Positions 30,901 to 40,054 of a DNA stretch of 64,000 bases are shown in pieces. Made by a program: the position numbers and the translations under genes. The notes under the pieces were generated by a model that had not been told where the DNA came from, did not search any database, and saw only the letters and a list, made by a program, of their open reading frames with translations. Within the stretch, counting starts at the first letter, position 1. Every line of letters begins with the position of its first letter. The stretch comes from a virus, in the UHGV virus genome UHGV-0197549, one strand, 5' to 3'.

Positions 30901-32883
30901 CTGAGTGCCGACAGGATAGCCGCCGGCAGCATCACTTCCACGAAACTGGACGCGGCAAGCATCAAAGCCAATATCATCAATACCGGCTATATAAACGGAT
31001 TAACCTGTACGTTTGTACGGGGAACCATCGGCGGGTGGACGATTAATTCTACACAGATATATAAGAACAGTGTCTATCTGGGTTCGGACGGTTCCATCAC
31101 GAACTCTACGAAATGGAAATTAAATAATGACGGTTCGGGACAGGTGGCAAACGGAAACATCAGTTGGAACGCCGCGGGAGCCGTAACTTTCGCTTCCTCC
31201 GTGTCCCTGAACTGGACCAATGCAGCAACGAATGCCTTGAACTCCGCAAAGAGTTACGCCGATACCAAGAAAACGGAAGCCGTCAATGCAGCGGCTTCTG
31301 ATGCGACAGCCAAAACCAATGCCGCCAAGGAACTGGCTCTGGCCATGGCTTTCGGCAAGATGATGTACCGTGACCCGGAGTTTCGGAATGACAATAACAG
31401 TATCACCGTATATAACACCAATAGCAACGGTACGGTAACGATTGCCCGGACGGGGCTTTCCAGTGCACCCAATGACAGCAAGACGGTACTGGAGATCAAA
31501 ACGGCCGGCAGCGCGACACCGGGTATAGGCGGCTTTTGCTTTGCCACTCCCTGTTCCAACCGAAAAGTGTTTATCGTCAGGATTATAGCCAAAATACCTG
31601 TGGGAAGGAATATCCAGTGGACAAGCAATGCCATCGGCGCTTCGGGCAGCAGCAAATGGCTGACACCGAACGCCGGCACAGGAGACTGGGCGGAGTACAT
31701 ATACAAGGTGACGTGCGGTACTTCGGGCTTCTCTTCGACGAACTTCTTCTATCTGGACGGCGCGCAGGGAACCGCGGCGGCTCCCGTCATCTGGCATGTC
31801 GCCTACGCAACCGTGTTCGACACGACTTCTTCCGAAAGGTATACCACCACCATTGACGCCAACGGCATTTATACCGGCACGGTACGGGCGGGTCAGGTGC
31901 TCGTTGACAGCGCGCTGGTAGTGGGCGGCAGCACGTATAACGGCAGCATCTCGGTAAGGGATGCGGGCAACAATGTGAAGGCGACGCTCGACCGCACGGG
32001 CATAACGGCTGTTGCCGGGAAGATCGGGGGCTGGAATATCATCTCCGGCGCCATCTATGCCTGCGCGCCCGCCGGTGGACACCGGGTATACATCACTTCC
32101 AGCGGATACATTTACAACGATGACGGCACACAGGACTACTGGGGGCTACGGGCGGACGGCTCGGCGACGTTCGGCTATGGGAAGATACTGTTCGACAATG
32201 ACGGCTCGGGATATGTGGCGAACCAAAATATTAAATGGGACGCGAAAGGCAACGTGGAAATCAAGGGCAACATCACCGCCAATTCAGGACTGATCGCCGG
32301 CTTCACCATTAGTGGCAACAAGCTCATCAATACGGCAGCGGATTCTTCCATCGAGTTCTCATCCATGATGGGAAACGCTTCCATGACCATCAACTCATAC
32401 AGTTCCCTGCTCTCCCTACGTGCCGATTCGGCACGAACGGGCATTGCTATCCAGACCTATGCCACGGGAGCCGTCGGGCTCTCTATTATCGCCAACGCCG
32501 GTTCTAATTATGCCATTGAATCATACGGGCCGGTGCAGTTCGGACAGCGTGCCGGCGAACGGTGGTGCGTGCCGGGTGTCCTGTACATCGGCTGCAAGTA
32601 CAATAGCGGTAACAATTCGAATTTCAGCAAAATATGGGGTGAAGGATGCAATGTCACGTCCTGTTACCACATGGGAAATGCCCAATATAAATTCTATCAT
32701 AATCTGGGGCATACGAACTATACCGTATTCGCGCAAGGCTGCCAGAATACAAGATATTACGGTTTCTTCCGGTTGCTGGAAAGGGCATCCTCCTACTTTG
32801 TCATCCAGAATGTGGGAAGTAACGGCGGGCCTGACGGCTCTCCTTTCGACTTCGTTATCTACGGCAGGAACAAATGGTCTTGA
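27916..32883 (+). CDS. giant tail fibre / receptor-binding protein with three internal repeat modules
   Basis: 1655 aa; repeated ~150-aa module (GIYTGTL.A..VNAV.INA..I.AGT ... G.I.GW.I......YL...G....S.KW..N.DGSG...GNI.W.A.G.VTF...V.LNWT.A) three times; Gly/Ala/Thr/Asn-rich. Confidence 0.6.
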   Translation: MEKQLIARGQATILVQKDSYTIHQSVGEYIFPANNNGSLSQAVTFSSTIKVTLGDDNLTNFTIGAVTRPAGFSAITVNNTNKTVSYSVAAGTTTMADSGLVTIPVTIAGQTYTITFSYAKAKTGAAGVDSNMLDWVSDWNSAKTVIGSQSVITPKLFAGTKNANGTITGIAIGKFPLSTVNASGAVATETINGIYGFKDGYKTFAIDTTGSVLLGKGNQFIRYNPANGKIEFGSEVTLNWVNAINTAKTEAINSAAATAQAKADAAKKGAVDAVRNDIADAKKAGTDAKAVADAITNKANTEGWATKLTYIGSTGIYTGTLSANTVNAVRINASQISAGTIDAARINVAALKTSLITAGNIEALTLNVTKGKVGGWSIDADSIYRSTKNNTSGAYTGASGSVCIGSNGIRGFKWRLDATGAGAVAGGNIAWDAAGNVTFGASVTLNWTNAANTAANNGKLFIRGTGLNHSATRYILLNGTKIHESSSRGLVLSVINRSDLKAVSHTHYDVYASDANCNSLATAMNALDSTKIVILTSYDAIRINATLSAAIQRCGGSDYMVTDARTPYALIGIPGIGRNMGLTSIYGLEATAPFAEISTVIVNGIPQGVNADGKLKTYLSGNGIYTGTLTAAQVNAVAINAGSITAGTLSADRIGAKAITAAKIAAGTITATEINVSSIQASVVTATAVNGLTCTFNKGTIAGWTINSTQIFKNSVYLGADGSITNSTKWKFNNDGSGQIANGNISWNAAGAVTFSSAVSLNWTDAIEKIQIGGNNLLNNSGDWRTAGWNGGYTTNGGGYTIDSSVLFKGRPTLKTDAGNGVVHSSWIKLENNAEYTYSAMVRCNKTITGNGNTPLHYWAGKDNNSQSKITVLKYDTSVVANTWKRIYVVFKLNSDGDSFRPFLYRGSNESTFYNVAYFKLERGNRPTDWSQSDGDANKLSIDAQNAANAIIAALGGSGYPKMTKISSTGIYTGTLTAAQVNAVAINAGSINAGTLSADRIAAGSITSTKLDAASIKANIINTGYINGLTCTFVRGTIGGWTINSTQIYKNSVYLGSDGSITNSTKWKLNNDGSGQVANGNISWNAAGAVTFASSVSLNWTNAATNALNSAKSYADTKKTEAVNAAASDATAKTNAAKELALAMAFGKMMYRDPEFRNDNNSITVYNTNSNGTVTIARTGLSSAPNDSKTVLEIKTAGSATPGIGGFCFATPCSNRKVFIVRIIAKIPVGRNIQWTSNAIGASGSSKWLTPNAGTGDWAEYIYKVTCGTSGFSSTNFFYLDGAQGTAAAPVIWHVAYATVFDTTSSERYTTTIDANGIYTGTVRAGQVLVDSALVVGGSTYNGSISVRDAGNNVKATLDRTGITAVAGKIGGWNIISGAIYACAPAGGHRVYITSSGYIYNDDGTQDYWGLRADGSATFGYGKILFDNDGSGYVANQNIKWDAKGNVEIKGNITANSGLIAGFTISGNKLINTAADSSIEFSSMMGNASMTINSYSSLLSLRADSARTGIAIQTYATGAVGLSIIANAGSNYAIESYGPVQFGQRAGERWCVPGVLYIGCKYNSGNNSNFSKIWGEGCNVTSCYHMGNAQYKFYHNLGHTNYTVFAQGCQNTRYYGFFRLLERASSYFVIQNVGSNGGPDGSPFDFVIYGRNKWS
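28835..29280 (+). repeat. intragenic repeat module copy 1 (divergent)
   Basis: encodes KLTYIGSTGIYTGTLSANTVNAVRINASQISAGTIDAARINVAALKTSL...VTLNWTNAANTA. Confidence 0.5.
29755..30215 (+). repeat. intragenic repeat module copy 2
   Basis: encodes LKTYLSGNGIYTGTLTAAQVNAVAINAGSITAGTLSADRIGAKAI...VSLNWTDA; ~85% nt identity to copy 3 in the 3' half. Confidence 0.55.
30800..31240 (+). repeat. intragenic repeat module copy 3
   Basis: encodes KMTKISSTGIYTGTLTAAQVNAVAINAGSINAGTLSADRIAAGSI...VSLNWTNAATNA. Confidence 0.55.
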
Positions 32884-32920
32884 CCTTTACTTACCTTTTT
32901 TGCCTTCAAGAGTCCTATTC

Positions 32921-33232
32921 ATGGAAAATGGCTTATCTATGGAAATAAAAAACATCGTTGTAACCAAAAGCATGACGGCCCTGACAGCCAACGCTTACTA
33001 CCAGTTGGAAACGAGCGCGTCCAACGGAATCCTGAACCGTATCTCCGCCAATGTGCTGACTCCCGCATCCGCCCAGGGACAGGAAGAGTATCTGGGCAAT
33101 ATCAGTTATGAGAACCATAACCTCTCCTGTAGCTTCCTCTCGGTGGAGGACGTATCGGCGTACTTCAAGGACTTTGAAGGGTTCATGGCGGAGATCGGAG
33201 CACAGCAGGAACAGGAAAAGCAAAGCAAGTGA
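32921..33232 (+). CDS. small hypothetical protein
   Basis: ~103 aa from ATG 32921 (MENGLSMEIKNIVVTKSMTALTANAYYQLE...); the longer ORF-track ORF 32420..33232 overlaps the fibre gene and is unsupported upstream. Confidence 0.3.
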   Translation: MENGLSMEIKNIVVTKSMTALTANAYYQLETSASNGILNRISANVLTPASAQGQEEYLGNISYENHNLSCSFLSVEDVSAYFKDFEGFMAEIGAQQEQEKQSK

Positions 33233-33295
33233 CAACATCTCCGGCTTACTTTCCCTATTCCTTGAGAAACAACTTAAAGAACAACAATCAAATTT

Positions 33296-33631
33296 ATGGA
33301 ATTACTAATCAAAGACCGGCTTTACATTCCGGCATTCCTTCCCAAAGAAGGCAGTTTCAAAGACTTCAACACGAAGAAAAGCATCCTCAGCAAGATTGAG
33401 ATCACACAGGATGAACGTGAAGCCGTAGGGCTCAAAGAAAACGCGGAAACCAAACGCATCGAATGGGACGTGGAAAAAGACACCCCGCTGGTAGTGGACT
33501 TCTCAGCCGACGAGATGCAGTACCTGAAAACATCCTGTGAGAAAATCTCCGACCAGAGCCTTCCGGATGATATGTGGCAGACGGTTGAAAAGCTGTATAA
33601 TGCGATTCAGGAACCGGAAAAAGAATCATAG
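33296..33631 (+). CDS. hypothetical protein
   Basis: 111 aa, followed by terminator-like hairpin. Confidence 0.35.
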   Translation: MELLIKDRLYIPAFLPKEGSFKDFNTKKSILSKIEITQDEREAVGLKENAETKRIEWDVEKDTPLVVDFSADEMQYLKTSCEKISDQSLPDDMWQTVEKLYNAIQEPEKES

Positions 33632-33663
33632 GAATCATTTGTAGCATAAGATTTTGATAACCC

Positions 33664-33706
33664 GAAAAGGATGTCCACCACCAAAAGGGCGTCCTTTTCT
33701 TTTTTA
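33664..33706 (+). terminator. putative rho-independent terminator
   Basis: GAAAAGGATGTCC / GGGCGTCCTTTTC 13-bp stem with two G.U pairs, 10-nt loop, then TTTTTT. Confidence 0.45.
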
Positions 33707-33713
33707 ATTAGCT

Positions 33714-34385
33714 ATGGCAAGACAAGACATCAATATGGACGCCTCCTGCGGGGAGGTGAACCTGGCGGATAACCTGACGGACAAGCGCATTTATCCTTTT
33801 GAATATTTAGGAACGGATACGGGCAGATACGCCTACGGAGAAATCCGCGTGCCCGGTAACTTCGAGAGCCGGTACAACGACCAAGACGGCATCCGGGTGC
33901 ATATCCCGTATATCCCACAGTACAAGGAGCTGAAAATCCGTTTCTCCCTGGAAAAAGGGGACGGAAACGAATCCTACCTGAGAAACCGCAACGACAACAG
34001 TATATGGTTTACGGTACTTTCTCCCGATTTGGGAACAGTCTATCTCTCAGCCTTCCGCACAGTCAATGAAACGAATCACTTCAACTTGATCCTGCATGAG
34101 GGAAAACTGTTACTGTACAGCGCCAACGAAACGGATTTTATCATCAAACCCTCGCTGGAACAAACGAAGGTATTCCTTCTCAAAGCCGCTGCCGGGAACC
34201 TCTACCAGCATCCGACCACGGGTGTAGGACTAATCAGATACTTGCACGGGAACTTTGAGAACTCGAACCTGCCGGGCAAGTTGCAACAGGAGTTTGAGGC
34301 GGACGGGATGATTATAAAAAATGCCTATATGGACTCTGAAACAGGGGAACTATTACTGGATGTGGATGAAAAACAAACGGACTAA
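33714..34385 (+). CDS. hypothetical tail-associated protein
   Basis: 223 aa. Confidence 0.4.
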   Translation: MARQDINMDASCGEVNLADNLTDKRIYPFEYLGTDTGRYAYGEIRVPGNFESRYNDQDGIRVHIPYIPQYKELKIRFSLEKGDGNESYLRNRNDNSIWFTVLSPDLGTVYLSAFRTVNETNHFNLILHEGKLLLYSANETDFIIKPSLEQTKVFLLKAAAGNLYQHPTTGVGLIRYLHGNFENSNLPGKLQQEFEADGMIIKNAYMDSETGELLLDVDEKQTD

Positions 34386-34394
34386 AGAAATACG

Positions 34395-35345
34395 ATGGGA
34401 AAATACAAAATAACAGCCGGACAGAATATTTATGACGTTGCCATGCACCTGTACGGAAGCATCGAAGGCATCGTGGACTTATTGATAAACAACCCGGAAC
34501 TTTCTTTGGATGACACCCTGAAAAGCGGTGAAGAACTGGAGTATACCGACGGCTTTACCATCAGTCCCGATATTGTTGCCTATAACAGGATGTACAGCCT
34601 CCTTCCGGCAAACGGGGAAAGAAACGTCTATCCCAAAGAACCTGCCGGCAAGCGTTTCATGGAGCTGTACATAGACAACAAACAGACAGCCGCTTCGCTG
34701 TTACTAAGCGGCAACGGGACACTGGAAATAGACTGGGGAGACAATATGGAACTGGAAGTGGTGGTGCTGAGTGATGAAACAAAAGAGCTCCGGCACTATT
34801 TCAATGACAAGATCACGTCCGTCCGCAGAGTGAGTTTCTATGGAGAGGTAAGGTTCAGGATACTGGAAATAAGCCGTTCGCACGCATCATCCGTTTACCT
34901 GCTCCGTCCGGTCAGTATGGAGAAATTCACCTGTGAAAAGATGGAACTGGACATCTCTTTCCTTTCACTGGCGGAAGATACATACGAGCTTTACTTTGCC
35001 GGATTACAAACGGGCAGCCTTCTATCACTTTTGCCACTGAAAAGGTTAATGAGACTGGATTTAACCGGTTCTAAAGTGAAGCCTTCCGTTCTGGACACCT
35101 ACCTGAAAGCGTTGGTAGCACAACACTACGGCAGACGGAATATGACCGTTCTCCTGTCTACCTCACCGTCGGGCACCTACCGGAAGCCGGAGAAAGACAG
35201 CAATGGCAACTACCTGATTGCATCGGGCATGGAAGCCGTCTGGATGCTTACCCATGAACCCGCCTGGAACGAGGGTGGCGCATGGATATTTATTATTAAC
35301 AACCAAACTTATACCTATGAGCCGGACGATACGGGAAATCTATAA
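34395..35345 (+). CDS. hypothetical tail-associated protein
   Basis: 316 aa. Confidence 0.4.
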   Translation: MGKYKITAGQNIYDVAMHLYGSIEGIVDLLINNPELSLDDTLKSGEELEYTDGFTISPDIVAYNRMYSLLPANGERNVYPKEPAGKRFMELYIDNKQTAASLLLSGNGTLEIDWGDNMELEVVVLSDETKELRHYFNDKITSVRRVSFYGEVRFRILEISRSHASSVYLLRPVSMEKFTCEKMELDISFLSLAEDTYELYFAGLQTGSLLSLLPLKRLMRLDLTGSKVKPSVLDTYLKALVAQHYGRRNMTVLLSTSPSGTYRKPEKDSNGNYLIASGMEAVWMLTHEPAWNEGGAWIFIINNQTYTYEPDDTGNL

Positions 35346-36201
35346 CGAAGCCATTACGGAGAGAAACAAGCGGCTGGAACTAAGCGAGTTCTCCAGTGAT
35401 TCCAAAATGAGCATCATGAACGGAATTACGTGGACGGTGGCCGCTGCTATCCACAGCTTTGAGACACTTTTGGATGTATTCGCCGTGGACATCTCGACAG
35501 CCATCAACCTCCGTGTAAACGGAACGCCCACTTTCTATGCCAACGCATTGCTCCAATACCAGAAGGGAGATGAACTCTCGGTAAGGGAAGACGGGCTGGC
35601 GTTCGGTTATGCCAACGTGGACGAGACGAAACGCATCATCACGCAGGTATCCTACATCGAGAGCACGGACGATACCAACCTGGATAGCAAACTGATACTG
35701 AAAGTGGCTACGGGAGAAAAGGGGCATCTGGAACCGCTGCCCGCCTCGGAGATGGTACCGGTCAATGCCTATATAGGTAAGATGAAGTTCGCCGGGACGC
35801 GTATCGAGGTCATCAGCCGGGAAGGGGACGTGCTTATTCCCCGCATCACCGTCTACTATGACGGTGCCATACCCGAGAGCGAAATCTATGACAAGATTGA
35901 AGAGAAGCTGAACAAGTATATCATGGGGATGCCTTTTGACTCATCCGTCTATGTTTCCTCGGTTATTGAAGCTGTCCGCAGTGCCGAGCATGTGACGGAC
36001 GTATATATCGACGAGCGGGCAACACCCGAACAGGGAATCTTTATCGCCTCTTATGACGCGGACGGAAACCTGTTGCCACCCGGAAAAGTGCATCGCATCA
36101 CCAAAACATCGTCCGGCTTTATGAAACAGTCGTCCGCCACGGGCAAGGAACAGGAACTGCCAACATTCCGGCAGGCAATCAGGCTAATCGTTGAAGGATG
36201 A
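35317..36201 (+). CDS. hypothetical tail/baseplate protein
   Basis: ~294 aa from ATG 35317 (MSRTIREIYNEAITERNK...), 29-nt overlap with upstream gene; ORF-track start 35218 unsupported. Confidence 0.4.
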   Translation: MSRTIREIYNEAITERNKRLELSEFSSDSKMSIMNGITWTVAAAIHSFETLLDVFAVDISTAINLRVNGTPTFYANALLQYQKGDELSVREDGLAFGYANVDETKRIITQVSYIESTDDTNLDSKLILKVATGEKGHLEPLPASEMVPVNAYIGKMKFAGTRIEVISREGDVLIPRITVYYDGAIPESEIYDKIEEKLNKYIMGMPFDSSVYVSSVIEAVRSAEHVTDVYIDERATPEQGIFIASYDADGNLLPPGKVHRITKTSSGFMKQSSATGKEQELPTFRQAIRLIVEG

Positions 36202-36755
36202 AAGAGAACCGTTATAAACTACCGACCGACAAGCTGGTGAACAGGCTGGTGCCTTATTACCTCTCAGGCAGGAAATACATTCTTTTCCTGCAAAGCCTGG
36301 TGTATCCCCTGCACTCCCTGAGTGAGAAATTCCGTGCCTTTGCGGCAGAGAAACACATCGAAGCACGCATGACCTCACAGGTGATGTACTTCGAGTGGCA
36401 CCTGAACCATAAGTTCGCCCGGTATCTGAAAAACAGCGGAGAAAGGCTCGTGATTTCACAGAGCGACTCACTGGGAGTGGACATCTACCGCGAAGATGCC
36501 GCATACGGCAAGCCCTTTACTATTTGGTACAACCTCGAAGAAGTGACGCCGGACGTGAAGCCCGAAGAGAAGCCCCGCGAGTTTCACTTCCTGGCGGAAG
36601 AGAAGGCGATCAACCGGGTCAGCTTCATGGTGCTCGTCCCTGAAATAAACATCCCTGAGAAAGAGTTCGTCTATATGCTCTCCTTTGTTATCAACACCTA
36701 TAAAGTGGCAGGCAAGACCTACCTGATAAAAATAGACCAAACTGAAAACACCTAA
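36198..36755 (+). CDS. hypothetical tail protein
   Basis: 185 aa; ATGA overlap. Confidence 0.4.
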   Translation: MKENRYKLPTDKLVNRLVPYYLSGRKYILFLQSLVYPLHSLSEKFRAFAAEKHIEARMTSQVMYFEWHLNHKFARYLKNSGERLVISQSDSLGVDIYREDAAYGKPFTIWYNLEEVTPDVKPEEKPREFHFLAEEKAINRVSFMVLVPEINIPEKEFVYMLSFVINTYKVAGKTYLIKIDQTENT

Positions 36756-36772
36756 CCAATTAACCTGATACT

Positions 36773-39325
36773 ATGAAAGAATACGTTGCAGACACGGGCG
36801 GAAGATATACCTACGTGGATGACATCCTGAACCTGCAAGAGCTTGCCCTTTCCATGACGGCGATCTTCAACGCCTGCGAGGACTTTATCATCTCGGGCTG
36901 CGAGATAACGGGCAATGCCATCTCGTCCGGCTATGTTTGGATCAACGGTAAAGTCCGTCACTTTGAAGGATGCCCTTCAGCCGCTTTCCCTTATTATATC
37001 TATGAGAAGAACGGCACCGACACGGTGGTGTATGCCGGGGACGTGAACAAGAAAGGACGGGAAAACTACCTGTGCGCAGGCAGTAGCGTCCTTCCTTCCG
37101 TAAAGGACACCCTGACGGGTAAAGTACCCTGCCTTATTGAAATCACCAAAACCTACGCGCCCCGCTTCCTGGATAAGTTCTTCGGGCATTACGCCGTCCT
37201 GCTGGATACACCCTTTTCCAAACAGACCATCAAGAAAGAGCTGGTTGTCACCGGGAAGCTGACGACCGAACAAGGTCTGGAATCCAAGACCGCCGTATCC
37301 GTTGTTTCCCCTTCGGGATATTCCCTCAAAGGGTTGGTCAAACAAAACGGGACGGCTTCCTTCGGCTCTTACCTGAACGGCTTGCTCATCAGTGAGATTT
37401 GCATTTCGACCGACGGCAGCGTTTCATTCCTAAAGGGTAAAAACGAACTGGCACGGATAGATGAAAACGGCATGACCTATACCCATGCCTCTTGTACCAG
37501 TTCACGCACCGGCTCGTTGCTGATTGAAAAGAACTCCATCATTAATGTCGCGGATACTACGGACGAAGGTTCGGTAGACATCAATACCGTCCGCCTGAAC
37601 GAGGAAACGAGTACCTTCCGTGACTTCCGGGTGTTTGACGGCAAACAGGCAGCCATTCCCTTGCTTCATGTCAAAGGAAAGACGAAAGAAGTATGTGTCA
37701 GCGGGACTTTTACCGTGGCGGGCAAATCCATTACCATCGCTTCCGCAGAATCAAAAACATTATCTTATACGGATGACGAAGGCGTGGAAACAGCATCCAT
37801 CGGATTCATTTCAAGCCAAAGCACAGACTTTTCCCTTATCAATGCCATCGGAAACATTGAACTTTCCCCTAAAGAATCCGTAAACATTGCCGGAGACTTA
37901 AAAGTGAACGGCACCAGCCTGAAAGACATCTATGTCAGTCAAAAGAGTTTTACGGATGCATTGGCAGGGAAAGTAAATACTGTGAAGGGCAAACAGCTCT
38001 CCACCGAAGACTTTACCACGAATTACAGGAAGAAACTGGATGCCATTTCCACCGGTGAAATCCAGACCGGGGGCGAAGGATTTGTTACCGCTACTCAGGT
38101 AAAAGAGGCGCTGGCAAAGAAACTGACGGCTTCCTCCAACCTTTCCGATGTACCCGACAAAAAGATAGCACGCACTTCACTGGACATCTATTCCCGGGAG
38201 GAAACAGGCTCCCTGTTCCTGAAAGTATCCGGCAACCTGCAAGAACTCGTGTCCCTAACCGCCGACGAAGTAAACGACCTTACGGCGGAAGAAGCGGCAG
38301 CCCTGAAAGCCCGGAAGCAAGCGGCAGTCCGTGACAACCTGGATGCGGAGAAGAAAGGGACCGGAGCCTTGAAACTGGCAAAAGCAAGCAACCTTTCCGA
38401 CCTGTCCGATAAGGCATCCGCCCGAAAGAACATCAGCGTCTATTCAACGGCAGAGGTAGACAAACTGCTTGCCGGGAAGCTGGATACAGACTATGCCTAC
38501 ACCGGCGTAGTCTTTACCGAAACCATGAAGCAAAAGCTGGAAGGAATCAAGACAGGCAGCTTCGCCTACATAGACAATGACGATGTATCACACGCGGAAG
38601 TGGAAGGCTATGTGCTTCTTTCCCATGTCAGGAAAGAGCTGGCAAAGAAAGCCGACCGCTTGCTTGCCGGATATACGGAGGAAGAGAAGAAAAGCGTTGC
38701 CGCCAATATCAATGTTTACTCCAAGACAGAAACAGATACGAAGTACGCGGGCATCGCCCGTCTCTTTCAGGATTACATTGATTACCTTGTCGCCCAGGGA
38801 AAGAAAGCCGCCGACGCGCAGAAGATGCTCCGGGACAAGCTGGATGTACTCTCGAAAGCCGATGTCAGCGGTACTTACCTGAGAAAGGACGGCAAACTAT
38901 CCGACCTATCACTACCTGATACGGCTGCCAGGAAACAGGCATGTAACGCACTGGGAGCCGCTTACGCCCCGGAATACCAGACAAAGATTGCAGACACGGG
39001 GTGGATGCAAATGGCGAACTCCGGCAACGGAACAGACACCAGCCGGCTGTTCGTACGTCAGATCGGAAATATCGTATCCATACAGGGCGTCATCAATACG
39101 GCCCGGCGGGACGGCAGCAACATGGGAGGAACGGTCGCCGTGCTTCCGAACGGGATTTCCGCACCCCGTTACGGAGTAAGGACAACACTCTGCGACTGGA
39201 ACGACGACGCAAAGTACAATAGGGGTACTACCTTTATCCTGAGTGGCGGAAGCCGGAACATCCGGATATTTGAAAGCGGATGGTACAATGTGAACACCGA
39301 CATGAACTTTACATACATGGTATAA
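36773..39325 (+). CDS. tail fibre protein with repeated NLSD(V/L).DK..AR motifs
   Basis: 850 aa; repeated SNLSDVPDKKIARTSLDIYSREETGSLF / SNLSDLSDKASARKNISVYSTAEVDKLLAGKLD / KLSDLSLPDTAARKQACNALGA segments typical of fibre shafts; preceded by upstream motif CACCTAACCAATTAACCTG. Confidence 0.55.
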   Translation: MKEYVADTGGRYTYVDDILNLQELALSMTAIFNACEDFIISGCEITGNAISSGYVWINGKVRHFEGCPSAAFPYYIYEKNGTDTVVYAGDVNKKGRENYLCAGSSVLPSVKDTLTGKVPCLIEITKTYAPRFLDKFFGHYAVLLDTPFSKQTIKKELVVTGKLTTEQGLESKTAVSVVSPSGYSLKGLVKQNGTASFGSYLNGLLISEICISTDGSVSFLKGKNELARIDENGMTYTHASCTSSRTGSLLIEKNSIINVADTTDEGSVDINTVRLNEETSTFRDFRVFDGKQAAIPLLHVKGKTKEVCVSGTFTVAGKSITIASAESKTLSYTDDEGVETASIGFISSQSTDFSLINAIGNIELSPKESVNIAGDLKVNGTSLKDIYVSQKSFTDALAGKVNTVKGKQLSTEDFTTNYRKKLDAISTGEIQTGGEGFVTATQVKEALAKKLTASSNLSDVPDKKIARTSLDIYSREETGSLFLKVSGNLQELVSLTADEVNDLTAEEAAALKARKQAAVRDNLDAEKKGTGALKLAKASNLSDLSDKASARKNISVYSTAEVDKLLAGKLDTDYAYTGVVFTETMKQKLEGIKTGSFAYIDNDDVSHAEVEGYVLLSHVRKELAKKADRLLAGYTEEEKKSVAANINVYSKTETDTKYAGIARLFQDYIDYLVAQGKKAADAQKMLRDKLDVLSKADVSGTYLRKDGKLSDLSLPDTAARKQACNALGAAYAPEYQTKIADTGWMQMANSGNGTDTSRLFVRQIGNIVSIQGVINTARRDGSNMGGTVAVLPNGISAPRYGVRTTLCDWNDDAKYNRGTTFILSGGSRNIRIFESGWYNVNTDMNFTYMV

Positions 39326-39343
39326 CTAATAGCATAACTAATT

Positions 39344-39938
39344 ATGAAGAAAATCAATATCCAAAAGGATCTGGACAGCCGCCGGGAAATCTCCCGGATG
39401 GCATACCGTCCCCAAAGCGTGAGAGCAACCGAAGTAGAACCAACCACCCAGCAAACCAATGACCAGAGCGAAGAGAAAATACGGCAGCCGGCAGACGAAA
39501 TTCGTACCGGCACGGGAAAAAAGGGCGTTCGCCGACGGGCGCCCCAAGGGAACCCGTAAGAAGTTCCCCTTCGAACAGACGCCGCTGGGGTTCCTGCTTA
39601 AATATGAGATGCCCGTCGTATATGACATCCTGCAAGACAAGTACAAGGACCCCAGGCGTTTCCACCCCGCAGCCGAGGTAGTGGAACTGGTGTGCAGGGC
39701 ATCCGGGGACCCCACCTACAAGAAGCCCAAATTCCGGCGCTGCATGAACGCGTACATCGCCGACGGGCTTTGCTGCAAAAGGGGCAAGGTTCTCACACCC
39801 GGTCGGAAGGTGTATTACGAGTCGGTGCGCAGGAAGAAGATGGAGGCGTTCATTGCGGGAAACCGGAAGAAAATAAAGATTCTGGGAGAACAGGTTTTTA
39901 ATAATGTATTTAAAAAAGATTCGGCAAGTGATACCTAA
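39344..39938 (+). CDS. basic hypothetical protein, reading frame switches at an A6 run (39517-39522): possible pseudogene, sequencing indel or slippage
   Basis: frame 1 (39344..39559, MKKINIQKDL...TGTGKKGVRR) and frame 2 (39459..39938, ...PAREKRAFADGRPKGTRKKFPFEQTPLGFLLKYEMPVVYD...) overlap across GGGAAAAAAGGG. Confidence 0.3.
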
Positions 39939-40023
39939 AAATATATGGTTCAACGGGTTGTATTCCATATTTGAAAATTTATTTAAACATACTTGGAGCG
40001 TAAGGAATAACCTGTTATCTTTG

Positions 40024-40054
40024 CCGGAAATTAATTGATTGCCGGGTAATTCCG
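40024..40054. promoter_or_regulatory. near-palindrome CCGGAAATTA-N11-TAATTCCGG (operator-like) upstream of replication/recombination operon
   Basis: inverted repeat in the 160-nt gap between structural and replication modules. Confidence 0.3.

Noticed and set aside
31120-32082. 320-aa minus-strand ORF and other antisense ORFs inside the 1655-aa fibre gene
   Set aside because: Same reasoning: embedded antisense in a GC-rich, repeat-containing coding region; product is low-complexity Arg/Gly/Ala.
27916-39325. Diversity-generating retroelement targeting the fibre genes
   Set aside because: No reverse-transcriptase ORF (no YxDD motif) in any frame of the window, and no non-coding template repeat matching a fibre C-terminus was seen.
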